From positions 1-55,421 of the IMG/VR virus record IMGVR_UViG_3300044729_001120: a stretch of DNA of 55,421 bases; one strand, written 5' to 3'. Made by a program: the position numbers and the translations under genes. Of this stretch, positions 9,845-19,188 are shown in pieces (within the stretch, counting starts at the first letter, position 1; every line of letters begins with the position of its first letter). The notes beneath the pieces are model-generated. The model did not search any database. It was given only the letters and a program-made list of their open reading frames with translations, and was not told the DNA's origin. The DNA is from a virus (taxonomy: Duplodnaviria; Caudoviricetes).

Positions 9845-10285
9845 ATGAAGATTCTGGTGATGGGCTTACCCGGTTCTGGCAAGACAACCTTTGCTCGGTT
9901 CCTCGCTGAATACTTTCGGTGTGTGCATTTTAACGCTGACGACATACGCGAGAACGTCAACAAGGACTTGGGGTTCAGCCTTGAGGATCGTATTGAGCAG
10001 GCTCGGCGCATGGGGCATCTGTGCAACGTTGCTGGCCGCTGGGGTTCGACTGTGGTTGCCGACCTTGTGTGTCCAACCGAAGAGACACGTGAGGCGTTTG
10101 GTGCAGACTTTGTCGTGTGGATGAACACCACCAAGCAGGGCAGGTTTGAGGACACCAACGCGATGTTTGTGCCGCCTGCACACTATGACTACCGAATTGA
10201 TGACTTTGCGATGCAGATGACGTATCACGCCAAGGAGATTGCGAACCTGTGGACACAAAAAAACGCAGCATCATCAAAACAATAA
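9845..10285 (+). CDS. cysC: Adenylyl-sulfate (APS) kinase-like protein
   Basis: Walker A GLPGSGKTT and ADDIRENVNKDLGFSLEDR..QARR, matching the APS kinase DGD.R..L..DLGFS..DR motif; shorter than cellular CysC. Confidence 0.75.
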   Translation: MKILVMGLPGSGKTTFARFLAEYFRCVHFNADDIRENVNKDLGFSLEDRIEQARRMGHLCNVAGRWGSTVVADLVCPTEETREAFGADFVVWMNTTKQGRFEDTNAMFVPPAHYDYRIDDFAMQMTYHAKEIANLWTQKNAASSKQ

Positions 10286-10452
10286 CGTGGCGCATAACGG
10301 GCAGCACAGCGACTTTTTTGATATCCTATGCCGTCTCTGGAAGTTTTGCGGCAGCAGGAACGATAGCAACGATTCAACTGATTTCTAATACTATTCTGTA
10401 CTACATGCACGAAAGAGCGTGGAACCGACTGAGGAGTGAATCGTGGACATAG
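10249..10452 (+). CDS. DUF2061-like small membrane protein
   Basis: RSIIKTITWRI...LYYMHERAW signature; this family is often found next to cysC. Confidence 0.7.
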   Translation: MDTKKRSIIKTITWRITGSTATFLISYAVSGSFAAAGTIATIQLISNTILYYMHERAWNRLRSESWT

Positions 10453-10688
10453 ACGAACTCGCGTTACGCAGGATCATCAGAGAAGAGATGAAGTCGGCTC
10501 TGAAGGAAGTCGGTCTACACGATGAAGAGGCCGGTGACGATGTACGCGACTTGCGTAGTCTGATTACTGATTGGCGGGGCATCAAGAAGACGGTGCTGAA
10601 CACGCTGGCGAAAGCTGGCACGTTGTTCGTCCTTGGCCTGCTGATGCTGGGTGCATGGGGCAAATTTAACGGTGGCGGTAGCGAGTAA
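10443..10688 (+). CDS. Small membrane protein, lysis-cassette associated
   Basis: 81 aa; LKEVGL.D..A..DVRDLRSL..W followed by one C-terminal TM helix. Confidence 0.6.
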   Translation: MDIDELALRRIIREEMKSALKEVGLHDEEAGDDVRDLRSLITDWRGIKKTVLNTLAKAGTLFVLGLLMLGAWGKFNGGGSE

Positions 10689-11164
10689 TGCTTGATCCGG
10701 TTTCCGCGTTAGCCATAGCCACATCTGCCTACAAAGTCATTAAACGTGGCATTGAGATGGGCCGTGAGCTGGAGGACATGGGCGGCCAGCTGGGGACTTG
10801 GTTCAAAGCCGTCAGCGATGTTAAGAACGCGGAAGAAGAGGCCAAAGACCCGCCGTTATTCAAAAAGCTCATGTTCTCTGGCAGCGTTGAGCAAGAGGCG
10901 ATGCAAGCACTTGTAGCCCGAAAGAAAATTGAGCAGCAAGAGAAAGAACTGCGCGAACTGATAGTCTACAAATGGGGCGTTGAGGAGTACACGGCAATGA
11001 TGCGTGATCGCGCCAAGATTAAAGACACGCGGGAAAGAGCGACGCTCAACCAGCGGCGCAAGATGCGTAAGTTCATTGCAAATACACTGACCATTACTGC
11101 AATCCTTGGTTTGGTGGGTGCAATAGTGGCTTTTGGTATCGGCATTATTCAGAATCTGGGGTAA
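10688..11164 (+). CDS. Hypothetical coiled-coil membrane protein
   Basis: 158 aa; MLDPVSALAIA start, C-terminal TM helix. Confidence 0.6.
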   Translation: MLDPVSALAIATSAYKVIKRGIEMGRELEDMGGQLGTWFKAVSDVKNAEEEAKDPPLFKKLMFSGSVEQEAMQALVARKKIEQQEKELRELIVYKWGVEEYTAMMRDRAKIKDTRERATLNQRRKMRKFIANTLTITAILGLVGAIVAFGIGIIQNLG

Positions 11165-11169
11165 ATACT

Positions 11170-11655
11170 ATGTTGAGTTTAATATCAAGTTTGATGGGTT
11201 TTGCTGCTGGCGGCCTGCCGAAGGTACTGGATTTCGTACAAGATCGTGGCGACAAGAAGCACGAACTGGCTTTGATGGCGGCTAACCGCGAGCGTGAGAT
11301 TGCTCTGGCGAAGGAAGGCTTTATTGCCCAAGCCCGTGTCGAGGAGATTAAGACCGATCAGATTGCAATGCAGACACAGGCGCAGGAAAAGCTCGCTATG
11401 TGGAAGCACGACATGAAGATTGGTGAGGGTGCCAGCACGTGGGTGATTAACCTGAGAGCCTCTGTGCGACCCGTCGTCACGTACTTGTTTGTAGGTCTCT
11501 TGATCGTAGTGGACGTTGCCGGCATCTGGTATGCGTACAGCACTGGTGTCGCGTTTTCTGTAGCGATGGAAATGGTTTTCTCTGATGACGAGATGGCAAT
11601 CCTTGCTGCAATAATCAGTTTTTGGTTCGGGTCGCAGGCTTTCAGTAAGAAATGA
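11170..11655 (+). CDS. Putative holin (3TM-holin-like)
   Basis: W...LRASVRPVVTY and IISFWFGS motifs, TM segments, directly upstream of the lysozyme. Confidence 0.6.
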   Translation: MLSLISSLMGFAAGGLPKVLDFVQDRGDKKHELALMAANREREIALAKEGFIAQARVEEIKTDQIAMQTQAQEKLAMWKHDMKIGEGASTWVINLRASVRPVVTYLFVGLLIVVDVAGIWYAYSTGVAFSVAMEMVFSDDEMAILAAIISFWFGSQAFSKK

Positions 11656-12137
11656 GTACATCCGAGGCGGGTATTCAGTTGATCAAATCCTTTGAGGGCT
11701 GCCACAACAGCCCTTATAAGTGCCCCGCGACGTTGTGGACGATTGCCTACGGCCATGTGCTGTACCCTGATCAAGCGCGGTTAAAGAACGACGAGAGAGC
11801 CAACTACCCGCTCAAAACTGAGCACAATAGGACGTTTTCCGGTGATGAGATTGATACGTTGCTTGAGAAAGATTTACAACGCTTTGAGGCAGGGGTACTA
11901 CGATTATGTCCTGCTGCTGCTGATAATCAGTGCCATCTTGACGCGCTGGTCAGCTTTGCGTTCAATGTGGGGTTAGGGAACTTGCAGTCATCTACCCTAA
12001 GAATGAAGTACAATCGTGGCGACTACGATGGCGCAGCAGATGAGTTCCTCAAATGGAACAAAGCTGGCGGCAAGGTCTTGAACGGACTGGTCAGGCGTAG
12101 AGAGGCCGAGAGAGCTTTATTCTTATCCGGAGGCTAG
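11652..12137 (+). CDS. Endolysin, GH24 phage lysozyme
   Basis: IKSFEG...Y.CPA..WTIAYGH, DALVSFAFNVG, W..AGGKVL.GLVRRREAE. Confidence 0.92.
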   Translation: MSTSEAGIQLIKSFEGCHNSPYKCPATLWTIAYGHVLYPDQARLKNDERANYPLKTEHNRTFSGDEIDTLLEKDLQRFEAGVLRLCPAAADNQCHLDALVSFAFNVGLGNLQSSTLRMKYNRGDYDGAADEFLKWNKAGGKVLNGLVRRREAERALFLSGG

Positions 12138-12821
12138 ATGTATCTTATAAGCAACATCCCGTACTTTAAGTGTTGGGTACGCAAAGAGTTCACTAACGGT
12201 CATCAAAACTACCACGGCGAGTACGTCCATGCGCTGGCGGTTGCGGTTACTACGATGCCTGATCGGTGCTTGTCGTTTCAACTGATCTTTACTGGGTGTG
12301 AAGCCGACGACGGCAGTCAACCCAACGTACACGGCGGGGCAATGTGGGCACGTATGCCCATCACAGCTTTGGTTGGTGACATACCGCTCGAAGAGTGGCC
12401 GGAGAGGATGGAAACGCACTTTGTGCAGCCGTGGGATTGCAGCTCTTATCACCACAGTATTATCTCCATCGACCGAGCCAAACCGTCCCAGTGGATGTGC
12501 AAGATCAACAATCAGTTCTTCAAGGGTCGCTATTTGTTTACGGTTGACTACGCTGAGAGCGAGGTGTCCGAAGACCCTGCACAGCACAAGCAGACCCATG
12601 TGCTGATCTTAACTGATGCTGGTAAATGGACTGGTAACATCGTAGCATTGCCTAACAACAGAGTCCGTGTCACTAGCCCAGCTTACTGGGTAACGGGTGA
12701 AGGCGCACCGGACTTTAAACCGAGTCAGTGGATACACTGCGCAGAGCAAGATGATTCGTATCTGGACCCTAATGTAACTTTTAATAATCTGTATGCGGAG
12801 AAAGAAAATGATGAAAGCTAA
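12138..12821 (+). CDS. Conserved hypothetical phage protein
   Basis: 227-aa ORF abutting the lysozyme stop (GAMWARMPI, QPWDCSS, YLFTVDY, ALPNNRVR). Confidence 0.7.
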   Translation: MYLISNIPYFKCWVRKEFTNGHQNYHGEYVHALAVAVTTMPDRCLSFQLIFTGCEADDGSQPNVHGGAMWARMPITALVGDIPLEEWPERMETHFVQPWDCSSYHHSIISIDRAKPSQWMCKINNQFFKGRYLFTVDYAESEVSEDPAQHKQTHVLILTDAGKWTGNIVALPNNRVRVTSPAYWVTGEGAPDFKPSQWIHCAEQDDSYLDPNVTFNNLYAEKENDES

Positions 12822-13089
12822 AGGTATGGCGGCAGGCGGCATGAGTGCCAAGGGCATGAAAGCAGGCGGCGCAATGAAGATGGTTGAAAAGGACGGCAAG
12901 AAAGTCCCAGCATTTGCAGCAGATGGCAAGGGCAAGATGGCCGAAGGCGGCATGATGAAGAAGGGCTACGCAGCTGGTGGCATGGCTACCAAAGGAGGCG
13001 CTGCAGGTGGTGCAGCTAAAAAGCTTGGTGGCAAAGTGCGTGGCGCTGGTGTGGCTATCAAGGGCACACGTCCTGCAAAAATGATGTAA
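12808..13089 (+). CDS. Small basic Met/Lys/Gly-rich virion-associated protein with repeated M/Y-x-x-GG motifs
   Basis: Low-complexity ORF, GGAG RBS before ATG 12808; ends VRGAGVAIKGTRPAKMM. Confidence 0.6.
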   Translation: MMKAKGMAAGGMSAKGMKAGGAMKMVEKDGKKVPAFAADGKGKMAEGGMMKKGYAAGGMATKGGAAGGAAKKLGGKVRGAGVAIKGTRPAKMM

Positions 13090-13102
13090 TTAGGGCTGTG
13101 TA

Positions 13103-14971
13103 ATGGCGTACTTTAGACTGACCCTTGCTCCCGGCATCGATAAGCAAAACACCGAATACGGTGCCGAGGGCGGCTGGACGAACTGCGATAACGTGCGGTT
13201 TCGCTATGGCCTGCCCGAGAAAATAGGGGGTTGGAACTACTTTACGGGGGAGCCCGTCTATCTTGTCGGTAGCGGGAGTGACCTTTTCTCGTGGAACTCC
13301 TTGATCGGCGTCCCATTCTTGGCCCTCGGTACTTCTAAAAAGGTCTACGTCAGCTCGGGCGGTGCGTGGTACGACATCACCCCGCTGCGCAGCACAACCG
13401 GGGCAGGCGATGTCACGTTTGCTGCGGCCACTGGATCGACAACGCTCACGGTTACCGACACTAACCACGGCGCTGACGAAGGCGATTTTGTTACCTTCTC
13501 GGGCGCGGTAAGCTTGGGCGGCGTCATCACAGCGGCTATTCTTAATTCAGAATACCAGATCACTACGGTCATCAACTCCTCAACGTACACCATCACCGCG
13601 CCCGTGGCGGCCAACTCCAGTGACAGCGGGGACGGCGGCGCGTCAGTGGTGGGCGCATATCAAATCAGCACAGGCTCTGATGTGAGCTTTTTTGACTTCG
13701 GGTTTGGCACCGGATCGTGGGGCGTTGGAACGTGGGGCACTCCTCGAACTACAAGCGAAGTGACGACATTGTCATCACGCGTGTGGAAGTTCGACAACTT
13801 CGGCGAAACGCTTGTTGCGCAGCTTGTGAACCGGCAGGTGTTTAAGTGGAACCCGACAACCGACGGCGTTGGGGTCAGAGCCTCTATTGTTTCGGGTGCG
13901 CCTACCGCAAACGCCTACATGCTGATATCCAGCCCGGACAGGCACATGGTCGTCTTCGGCACCGAGACCACCATCGGCACTCCCGGCACACAAGATCCGA
14001 TGTTCGTGCGGTTCTCGAATCAGGAGGACATTAACACCTTTGCGGAGTCGGCCACCAACACGGCGGGCGGTCAGCGGCTGTCAGACGGCAGTGCAATCGT
14101 CTCTGCAGTGCGCTCGCGCGGGCAGATACTGATCTTTACCGACACCTCTTTGCATGGCATGCAGTACATCGGACCACCCTACACCTTTGGGTTCCAGCAG
14201 CTGGCGGCCAACTGCGGATGTATCGGCCCACACGCAGCGGTGGACGTTAACGGTCTGGCGTTCTGGATGGGCAAAGAAGCGTTTTACGTGTTCGACGGTA
14301 CAGTCAAAAAGCTTCCCTGCAGTGTGCAGGACTACGTGTTTAACGACATAAACCTCGTGCAGGACACCAAGGTCTTCGCTGCGCTGAACACGGACTTTAA
14401 CGAAGTCACCTTCTTCTACTGCAGCTTCACCAGTGACTTTATCGACCGCGCAGTGACACTGAATTACCTTGAGAACGTGTGGTCCATCGGCACTCTGGCC
14501 CGCACGGCGTGGCAGGATGTGGGCAGCTTTGAGAAGCCTGTGGGTGCGGAGTTCCTGCCCAACAGCACTGAGCCCACGCTGAACACCATTTATGGCCTGT
14601 CCCCGGGCCGCTCAGTGGTGTACAACCACGAAGACGGCGTTAACGCTGCCGGCCAACCGCTGCCCGCGTTCCTCGAATCTGGGTATTTTGACATCGGTGA
14701 TGGCGACAACATGCTCTTGATGAGCCGGTTCATTCCTGACTTTAAGAACCAGCTGGGCAACATCACTGTGAACTTGTTCCTGCGGCCTTATCCTCAAGCC
14801 ACAGCCAGCCCAAGCTCGCTGGACCCGTATGTGATCACGCCTACGACACAGAAGGTGGACACCCGTGCCCGTGGTCGGCAGATCGCGCTTCGCATGACCA
14901 GCACGGCAATCAATACGTCGTGGCGGTTCGGCACGATGCGTGTTGACATCCAGCCGGACGGCTTGCGATGA
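13103..14971 (+). CDS. Tail tubular protein B / P22 gp10-like tail hub (DNA stabilisation) protein
   Basis: 622 aa, beta-rich; N-terminal PGI....T.Y..EGGW...DNVRFR.G.PEKIGGW, C-terminal DTRARGRQ...WRFG..R.D..PDG. Confidence 0.7.
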   Translation: MAYFRLTLAPGIDKQNTEYGAEGGWTNCDNVRFRYGLPEKIGGWNYFTGEPVYLVGSGSDLFSWNSLIGVPFLALGTSKKVYVSSGGAWYDITPLRSTTGAGDVTFAAATGSTTLTVTDTNHGADEGDFVTFSGAVSLGGVITAAILNSEYQITTVINSSTYTITAPVAANSSDSGDGGASVVGAYQISTGSDVSFFDFGFGTGSWGVGTWGTPRTTSEVTTLSSRVWKFDNFGETLVAQLVNRQVFKWNPTTDGVGVRASIVSGAPTANAYMLISSPDRHMVVFGTETTIGTPGTQDPMFVRFSNQEDINTFAESATNTAGGQRLSDGSAIVSAVRSRGQILIFTDTSLHGMQYIGPPYTFGFQQLAANCGCIGPHAAVDVNGLAFWMGKEAFYVFDGTVKKLPCSVQDYVFNDINLVQDTKVFAALNTDFNEVTFFYCSFTSDFIDRAVTLNYLENVWSIGTLARTAWQDVGSFEKPVGAEFLPNSTEPTLNTIYGLSPGRSVVYNHEDGVNAAGQPLPAFLESGYFDIGDGDNMLLMSRFIPDFKNQLGNITVNLFLRPYPQATASPSSLDPYVITPTTQKVDTRARGRQIALRMTSTAINTSWRFGTMRVDIQPDGLR

Positions 14972-15681
14972 GTAAGATTCAGAACGTCCGCCTGCCCAAC
15001 GCGGTCAGCGGCGACTACAGCCCGGAGCAGTTTAACCAGCTAGTGCGCTCGTTGGAGCAGGTTATTTTCCAGCTTAACTCAAGCTACACGCCCATCGTCA
15101 GCCAAGACACTGCTGGTGCGGCAACGTGGATGAGCGCGGGCAGCGGAGCTGGAGGCGGGTTTGCCGGTGGAATACGCGGGTTCCAGATATCCAACGGCAT
15201 GATGCAGCCTCACGCGATGTTGCTGTCCGACGCTGATCAGACAAGCGCCGGCATTACCAGCGAAAACTTGGTCACTTTCAACATTGTTGCGCTCACCAAC
15301 GGCATTCGCGTGGTGGACAACACCAAGATCTTTGTGCCCTGCAGCGGTCAGTATCTGGTGACCTTTACCCTGCAGATGACCAATCAAAGTAACACAGCAG
15401 CGGAGTTTGAGATCTGGGCCAAGGACACTGGGGTCAACTACCCGCTCAGTAATACCAGATTTGATATACCGGCGCGGAAAACAGCACTAATTTGGTCGCA
15501 TGTAGTGCCTGCCGTGACTGGGATTTTCACGGTCACCGACCCTGCGGTTAACTACTTAGAGATCGCGTGGTGGTCTGACAACGCAGACGTGTATATTGAG
15601 CATTACGCTGCCGGCACAAGCCCCACACGGCCAGCGATACCGTCTGTGATCCTCACCATCAACTTTGTGTCAGCCGGGTAA
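14968..15681 (+). CDS. Hypothetical tail-associated protein
   Basis: 237 aa, ATGA overlap with the previous gene; beta-rich C-terminal domain. Confidence 0.6.
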   Translation: MSKIQNVRLPNAVSGDYSPEQFNQLVRSLEQVIFQLNSSYTPIVSQDTAGAATWMSAGSGAGGGFAGGIRGFQISNGMMQPHAMLLSDADQTSAGITSENLVTFNIVALTNGIRVVDNTKIFVPCSGQYLVTFTLQMTNQSNTAAEFEIWAKDTGVNYPLSNTRFDIPARKTALIWSHVVPAVTGIFTVTDPAVNYLEIAWWSDNADVYIEHYAAGTSPTRPAIPSVILTINFVSAG

Positions 15682-15686
15682 TCAGC

Positions 15687-16019
15687 ATGGCGAATAAATA
15701 CTTTAGAAAACCGCTTATACCGGATGCGACGACAGAGACGACCATCTACACGGTGCCGGCGGCGAACTCGGCAGTGCTGTCGTCGCTGCGCGTGACCAAC
15801 ACCAACGCCTCTGTTGCTGCTATTTCGGTCAATCTTTTTCCGCTTGGTATTGCCACTGCGCACTCGTTGCTCAAAACCTACCAGCTGCCCACAAGCCAGA
15901 CGATGGATGTGTTCAGCGGAGTGCCTTGCATTCTTGAGGCGACAGACGTACTCAAGGTAACCGCCAGCGTAGCAAATGTGACGTTTGTGCTGTCCTATTT
16001 AGAGACGGATCGGTCTTAA
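15687..16019 (+). CDS. Small beta-rich structural protein (similar type to 3436..3822)
   Basis: 110 aa, TTIYTVPAA...LEATDVLKV. Confidence 0.6.
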   Translation: MANKYFRKPLIPDATTETTIYTVPAANSAVLSSLRVTNTNASVAAISVNLFPLGIATAHSLLKTYQLPTSQTMDVFSGVPCILEATDVLKVTASVANVTFVLSYLETDRS

Positions 16020-16022
16020 CAG

Positions 16023-16051
16023 TAGACAACGAAGGCATCTTCGTTGATAAT
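16023..16051 (+). promoter_or_regulatory. Putative sigma70 promoter with an 8-bp inverted-repeat operator in the spacer
   Basis: TAGACA-17 nt-GATAAT; CAACGAAG-gcat-CTTCGTTG at 16027-16046. Confidence 0.5.
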
Positions 16052-16120
16052 TTTAGGTATTTTCGCGACCCTCCCCGGCGCGCAGCCCCGTGTGGCTTTT
16101 AACTTCTAAAGGAAAAAGAC

Positions 16121-18061
16121 ATGGTTACTATGCCGGGAATGGGCGCCCCCCAAATGGCTCCCACTGAACCTTCCGTTGACCAGCTTGCTGCATTTGAACA
16201 GATGCGCGAGCAGGTTTCACCTACGGAAATCAATCGTGAAATGCTGATGACTGCCGAGCAGGCAGATCCTGTCGCAGTGGCCGAGTTCCGTAAAGAGCTG
16301 GCAGAGCTTGAGGTGGCCCCCGAGGTCATCGACATGCTCAACACGATGGTGGATGAGGTGCTCGCCAATCCCAATGAGTATCCTGCCATTCGGCAGAAAT
16401 ACCTTGATATGGGCGTGGACGAGGAGATCCTACCGGAGGCTTTTGATGCGGGGCTTTTTGCCGCACTGAACATCGCATTGGACGAGCTGCGTGGACCGGA
16501 AAGCATGCTGCCGCCACAGGGCTTTGCTAAGGGCGGTATCGCCAGCTTAAATCCGATGGCGCGTGAGATGGCAGAGGCTGGACGCTACGGCGACACCATG
16601 CTGGCTCATATCAGCCCGGTTGAAGCCCAGATTCTGCGCCGTTACGGCGGCAGTGGCACAATCAACCCAATGACTGGAATGCCCGAGTTCTTCCTGAAGA
16701 AAATGTTCAAGAAGCTTGGTAAGGCCGTCAAGAAGTTTGCCAACACCACCATAGGCAAGATTGTAATTGGCACCGCGCTGTTCATGGTTGCCGGCCCTGC
16801 CGCTGCTGCAATGCTGGGTGCCTCTGCCGGCGGCGCGGCTGCTGCTGGTATTAGTGGCTTTGTCAGTGGCGCTGGAACATCCCTGCTCGCGGGGGGCAAC
16901 CTGAAGGATTCGCTGAAGGCTGGTGCTATCGGCGGCATCACTGCGGGTGTCTCAAAGGGTGTCATGAATCGCATGGGCACACCTGCAGCGGCAGCAGCTC
17001 CTGAGATTGCCCAGCAGCCTTTGCGACCCTTGGATCTCTCTGTCCCAAGGGGAGACGCTTTGCCGTTGCAGTCAATAAGCCCCACGCAGGCTGCTGTGAA
17101 CATTCCACCCGGCGGGATTGGTAGCTTGCCCGTTGCAACCGGCCCAACAGCAGACAGTTTTACCCCAAGGCTCACTCTACAGGATACTTTGGCACAGGCT
17201 TCGCGAGTTACGGCGCCAATACAGCCTTCTGCCAGCAGTGGAATGGGTTTCCCTCGGACGACTGCTGCTCCGGGAACACTATCCTCGGGCACGACAGTTG
17301 ACTTAGGGGCTCTTGATAGAGCATCCCCCACCCTGAAAACCCCCGGGTTTACTCCGAGGGCTGAGGTAGCCGCAACGGGAGGGTCTGCGCCACGAAACCT
17401 TCTTCAACAAGGTATCGACAAGCTGTCGCCCGGTAGGTTTGACGCTGCTGCACAAAAAGCTGGGGAAAAAGCCTTTAAAGACACTTTTGCGCAATATGGT
17501 GGAGACCGTCTTGTTCAGGGGACTGATGCATTTGCTACGGCAATCACTAAGGCTAACGAGGCAAAAGCTGCGGCCATTGCATCAAACACTCCCGGCGTAT
17601 TTCGCCAATATGCCCCACTCGCCGCTACCGGCCTCGGTATCATGGCGCTCGCTGGCGGCTTTGATGAAGAGGAGATTGCTCCGCCCGAGGGCTTTGAGGA
17701 CATGGGCGGAATCGGTGCCGGAGAGAGGCTGTTGGCAGAAAACCCACAGAAGTACGGTGCGAACTACGGTGGCGTGTTTACAACGGCCATGAGCCCACAG
17801 TACAACCCCTACACCTTCGTTCCGCCGCCCGTGCGTACCGCTGCCAAGGGCGGCAGCATGGACAAGGAGTTTCCACGTAAGACGGGTCCGATCAACGGCC
17901 CGGGTACTGGCACATCAGATGACATCCCCGCGATGCTCTCGGACGGCGAATTTGTGTTTACTGCCAAGGCCGTGCGCGGCATGGGCAACGGCTCTCGACG
18001 AGCAGGAGCGAAAAAAATGTATGCTCTCATGAGAAAGTTGGAGGGTCGCAAAAATGGCTAG
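16121..18061 (+). CDS. Internal virion / ejection-type protein
   Basis: 646 aa; GRYGDTMLAHI...GTINPMTG.PEF and GPGTGTSDDIPAMLSDGEFVFTAKAV motifs; Ala/Gly hydrophobic stretch. Confidence 0.6.
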   Translation: MVTMPGMGAPQMAPTEPSVDQLAAFEQMREQVSPTEINREMLMTAEQADPVAVAEFRKELAELEVAPEVIDMLNTMVDEVLANPNEYPAIRQKYLDMGVDEEILPEAFDAGLFAALNIALDELRGPESMLPPQGFAKGGIASLNPMAREMAEAGRYGDTMLAHISPVEAQILRRYGGSGTINPMTGMPEFFLKKMFKKLGKAVKKFANTTIGKIVIGTALFMVAGPAAAAMLGASAGGAAAAGISGFVSGAGTSLLAGGNLKDSLKAGAIGGITAGVSKGVMNRMGTPAAAAAPEIAQQPLRPLDLSVPRGDALPLQSISPTQAAVNIPPGGIGSLPVATGPTADSFTPRLTLQDTLAQASRVTAPIQPSASSGMGFPRTTAAPGTLSSGTTVDLGALDRASPTLKTPGFTPRAEVAATGGSAPRNLLQQGIDKLSPGRFDAAAQKAGEKAFKDTFAQYGGDRLVQGTDAFATAITKANEAKAAAIASNTPGVFRQYAPLAATGLGIMALAGGFDEEEIAPPEGFEDMGGIGAGERLLAENPQKYGANYGGVFTTAMSPQYNPYTFVPPPVRTAAKGGSMDKEFPRKTGPINGPGTGTSDDIPAMLSDGEFVFTAKAVRGMGNGSRRAGAKKMYALMRKLEGRKNG

Positions 18062-19181
18062 TACTTACGAAACTTTATATCAGCGCGAAGCGCCGAATAT
18101 TGAAGCCCGCAAAATTGGGTTAATGGATGCAGCCAAAGGGCTGTATGAAAGCCCCCTGTCGCTGCCTGCTATCGAGGCAGCGGGTCTGTCCATCGGTGAG
18201 CAGCAAGCGATGGATCTGGCCCGTCAAGGTATTGGATCTTTTGAGCCGTTTATCCAAGGCGGATCGCAGGCCATCACGCAGGGTATGGATCTCACCCAGC
18301 GCGGTGCTGTGGCAGCGGGCGGCGTTCAAACCGCACCTCAGTTTCAAGAGGCGCAGAACGTACTTGGCCGCGCCATGCCGGTGCTCGGTCAGGGCATTGG
18401 CGGCATTCTAGGCTCTGCTCGAACGTATGACCCAAATGCTGCCGTCAATTACATGAATCCCTACCAGCAGGAAGTAACGCAGCAGGCTTTGGGCGAAATG
18501 CGCCGGCAGGCAGACATTGCTCGTCAGGGTCAGGCAGCCCAAGCCGTGGGCGCAGGAGCGTTCGGCGGCACCCGTGAGGGTGTTCAGCGCGCCGAATTTG
18601 AGCGCAACGTGCAAGATCAGATGCAGCAGCGCATCATGCAGGACTACGCCCAGAACTACATGCAGGCACAGCAGGCTGCGATGCAGGGCTTTGAAAGCCA
18701 GCAGGGGCGTCAGTTGGCAGGATCTCAGGCGCTGGGTCAGGCTGCGATGCAGTACGGTCAGCTTGGTCAGGGCATTGGAGCACTTACCGCGCAGCAGGCC
18801 GGCATTGACCTGTCCAAGGCGCAGGCACTGGGCGGTCTTGGCACCCAGATGGGCGCACTGGGCACACAGATGGGCGCGATGGGCGAGGCTACTCAGCAGC
18901 TGGGCGCAGCCGATGTGGGACTGCTCGGCAGCGTAGGTCTGCTCGAGCGCCAGAACGCGCAGGCACAGATCGACGCGATGCGTCAGACGCAGATGCAGGA
19001 GGTCATGGATCCGTATCAGCGGCTCGGCTTCCTGAGCGACATCTACCGTGGCGCACCGTCAACGCAGATGACAATGACGTCGCAGACTGCCCCCTCAGCG
19101 AGCCCCCTGCAGACAGCGGCTGGCCTTGGCATAGGCGCACTATCGAGCGTTGGCGCGGCACAAAAAGCAGGACTCCTCTAA
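18054..19181 (+). CDS. Gln/Ala/Gly-rich internal virion (DNA transfer/ejection) protein
   Basis: 375 aa; YMNPYQQ.V, GAFGG.R motifs, coiled-coil. Confidence 0.6.
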   Translation: MASTYETLYQREAPNIEARKIGLMDAAKGLYESPLSLPAIEAAGLSIGEQQAMDLARQGIGSFEPFIQGGSQAITQGMDLTQRGAVAAGGVQTAPQFQEAQNVLGRAMPVLGQGIGGILGSARTYDPNAAVNYMNPYQQEVTQQALGEMRRQADIARQGQAAQAVGAGAFGGTREGVQRAEFERNVQDQMQQRIMQDYAQNYMQAQQAAMQGFESQQGRQLAGSQALGQAAMQYGQLGQGIGALTAQQAGIDLSKAQALGGLGTQMGALGTQMGAMGEATQQLGAADVGLLGSVGLLERQNAQAQIDAMRQTQMQEVMDPYQRLGFLSDIYRGAPSTQMTMTSQTAPSASPLQTAAGLGIGALSSVGAAQKAGLL

Positions 19182-19188
19182 GGTGAAT

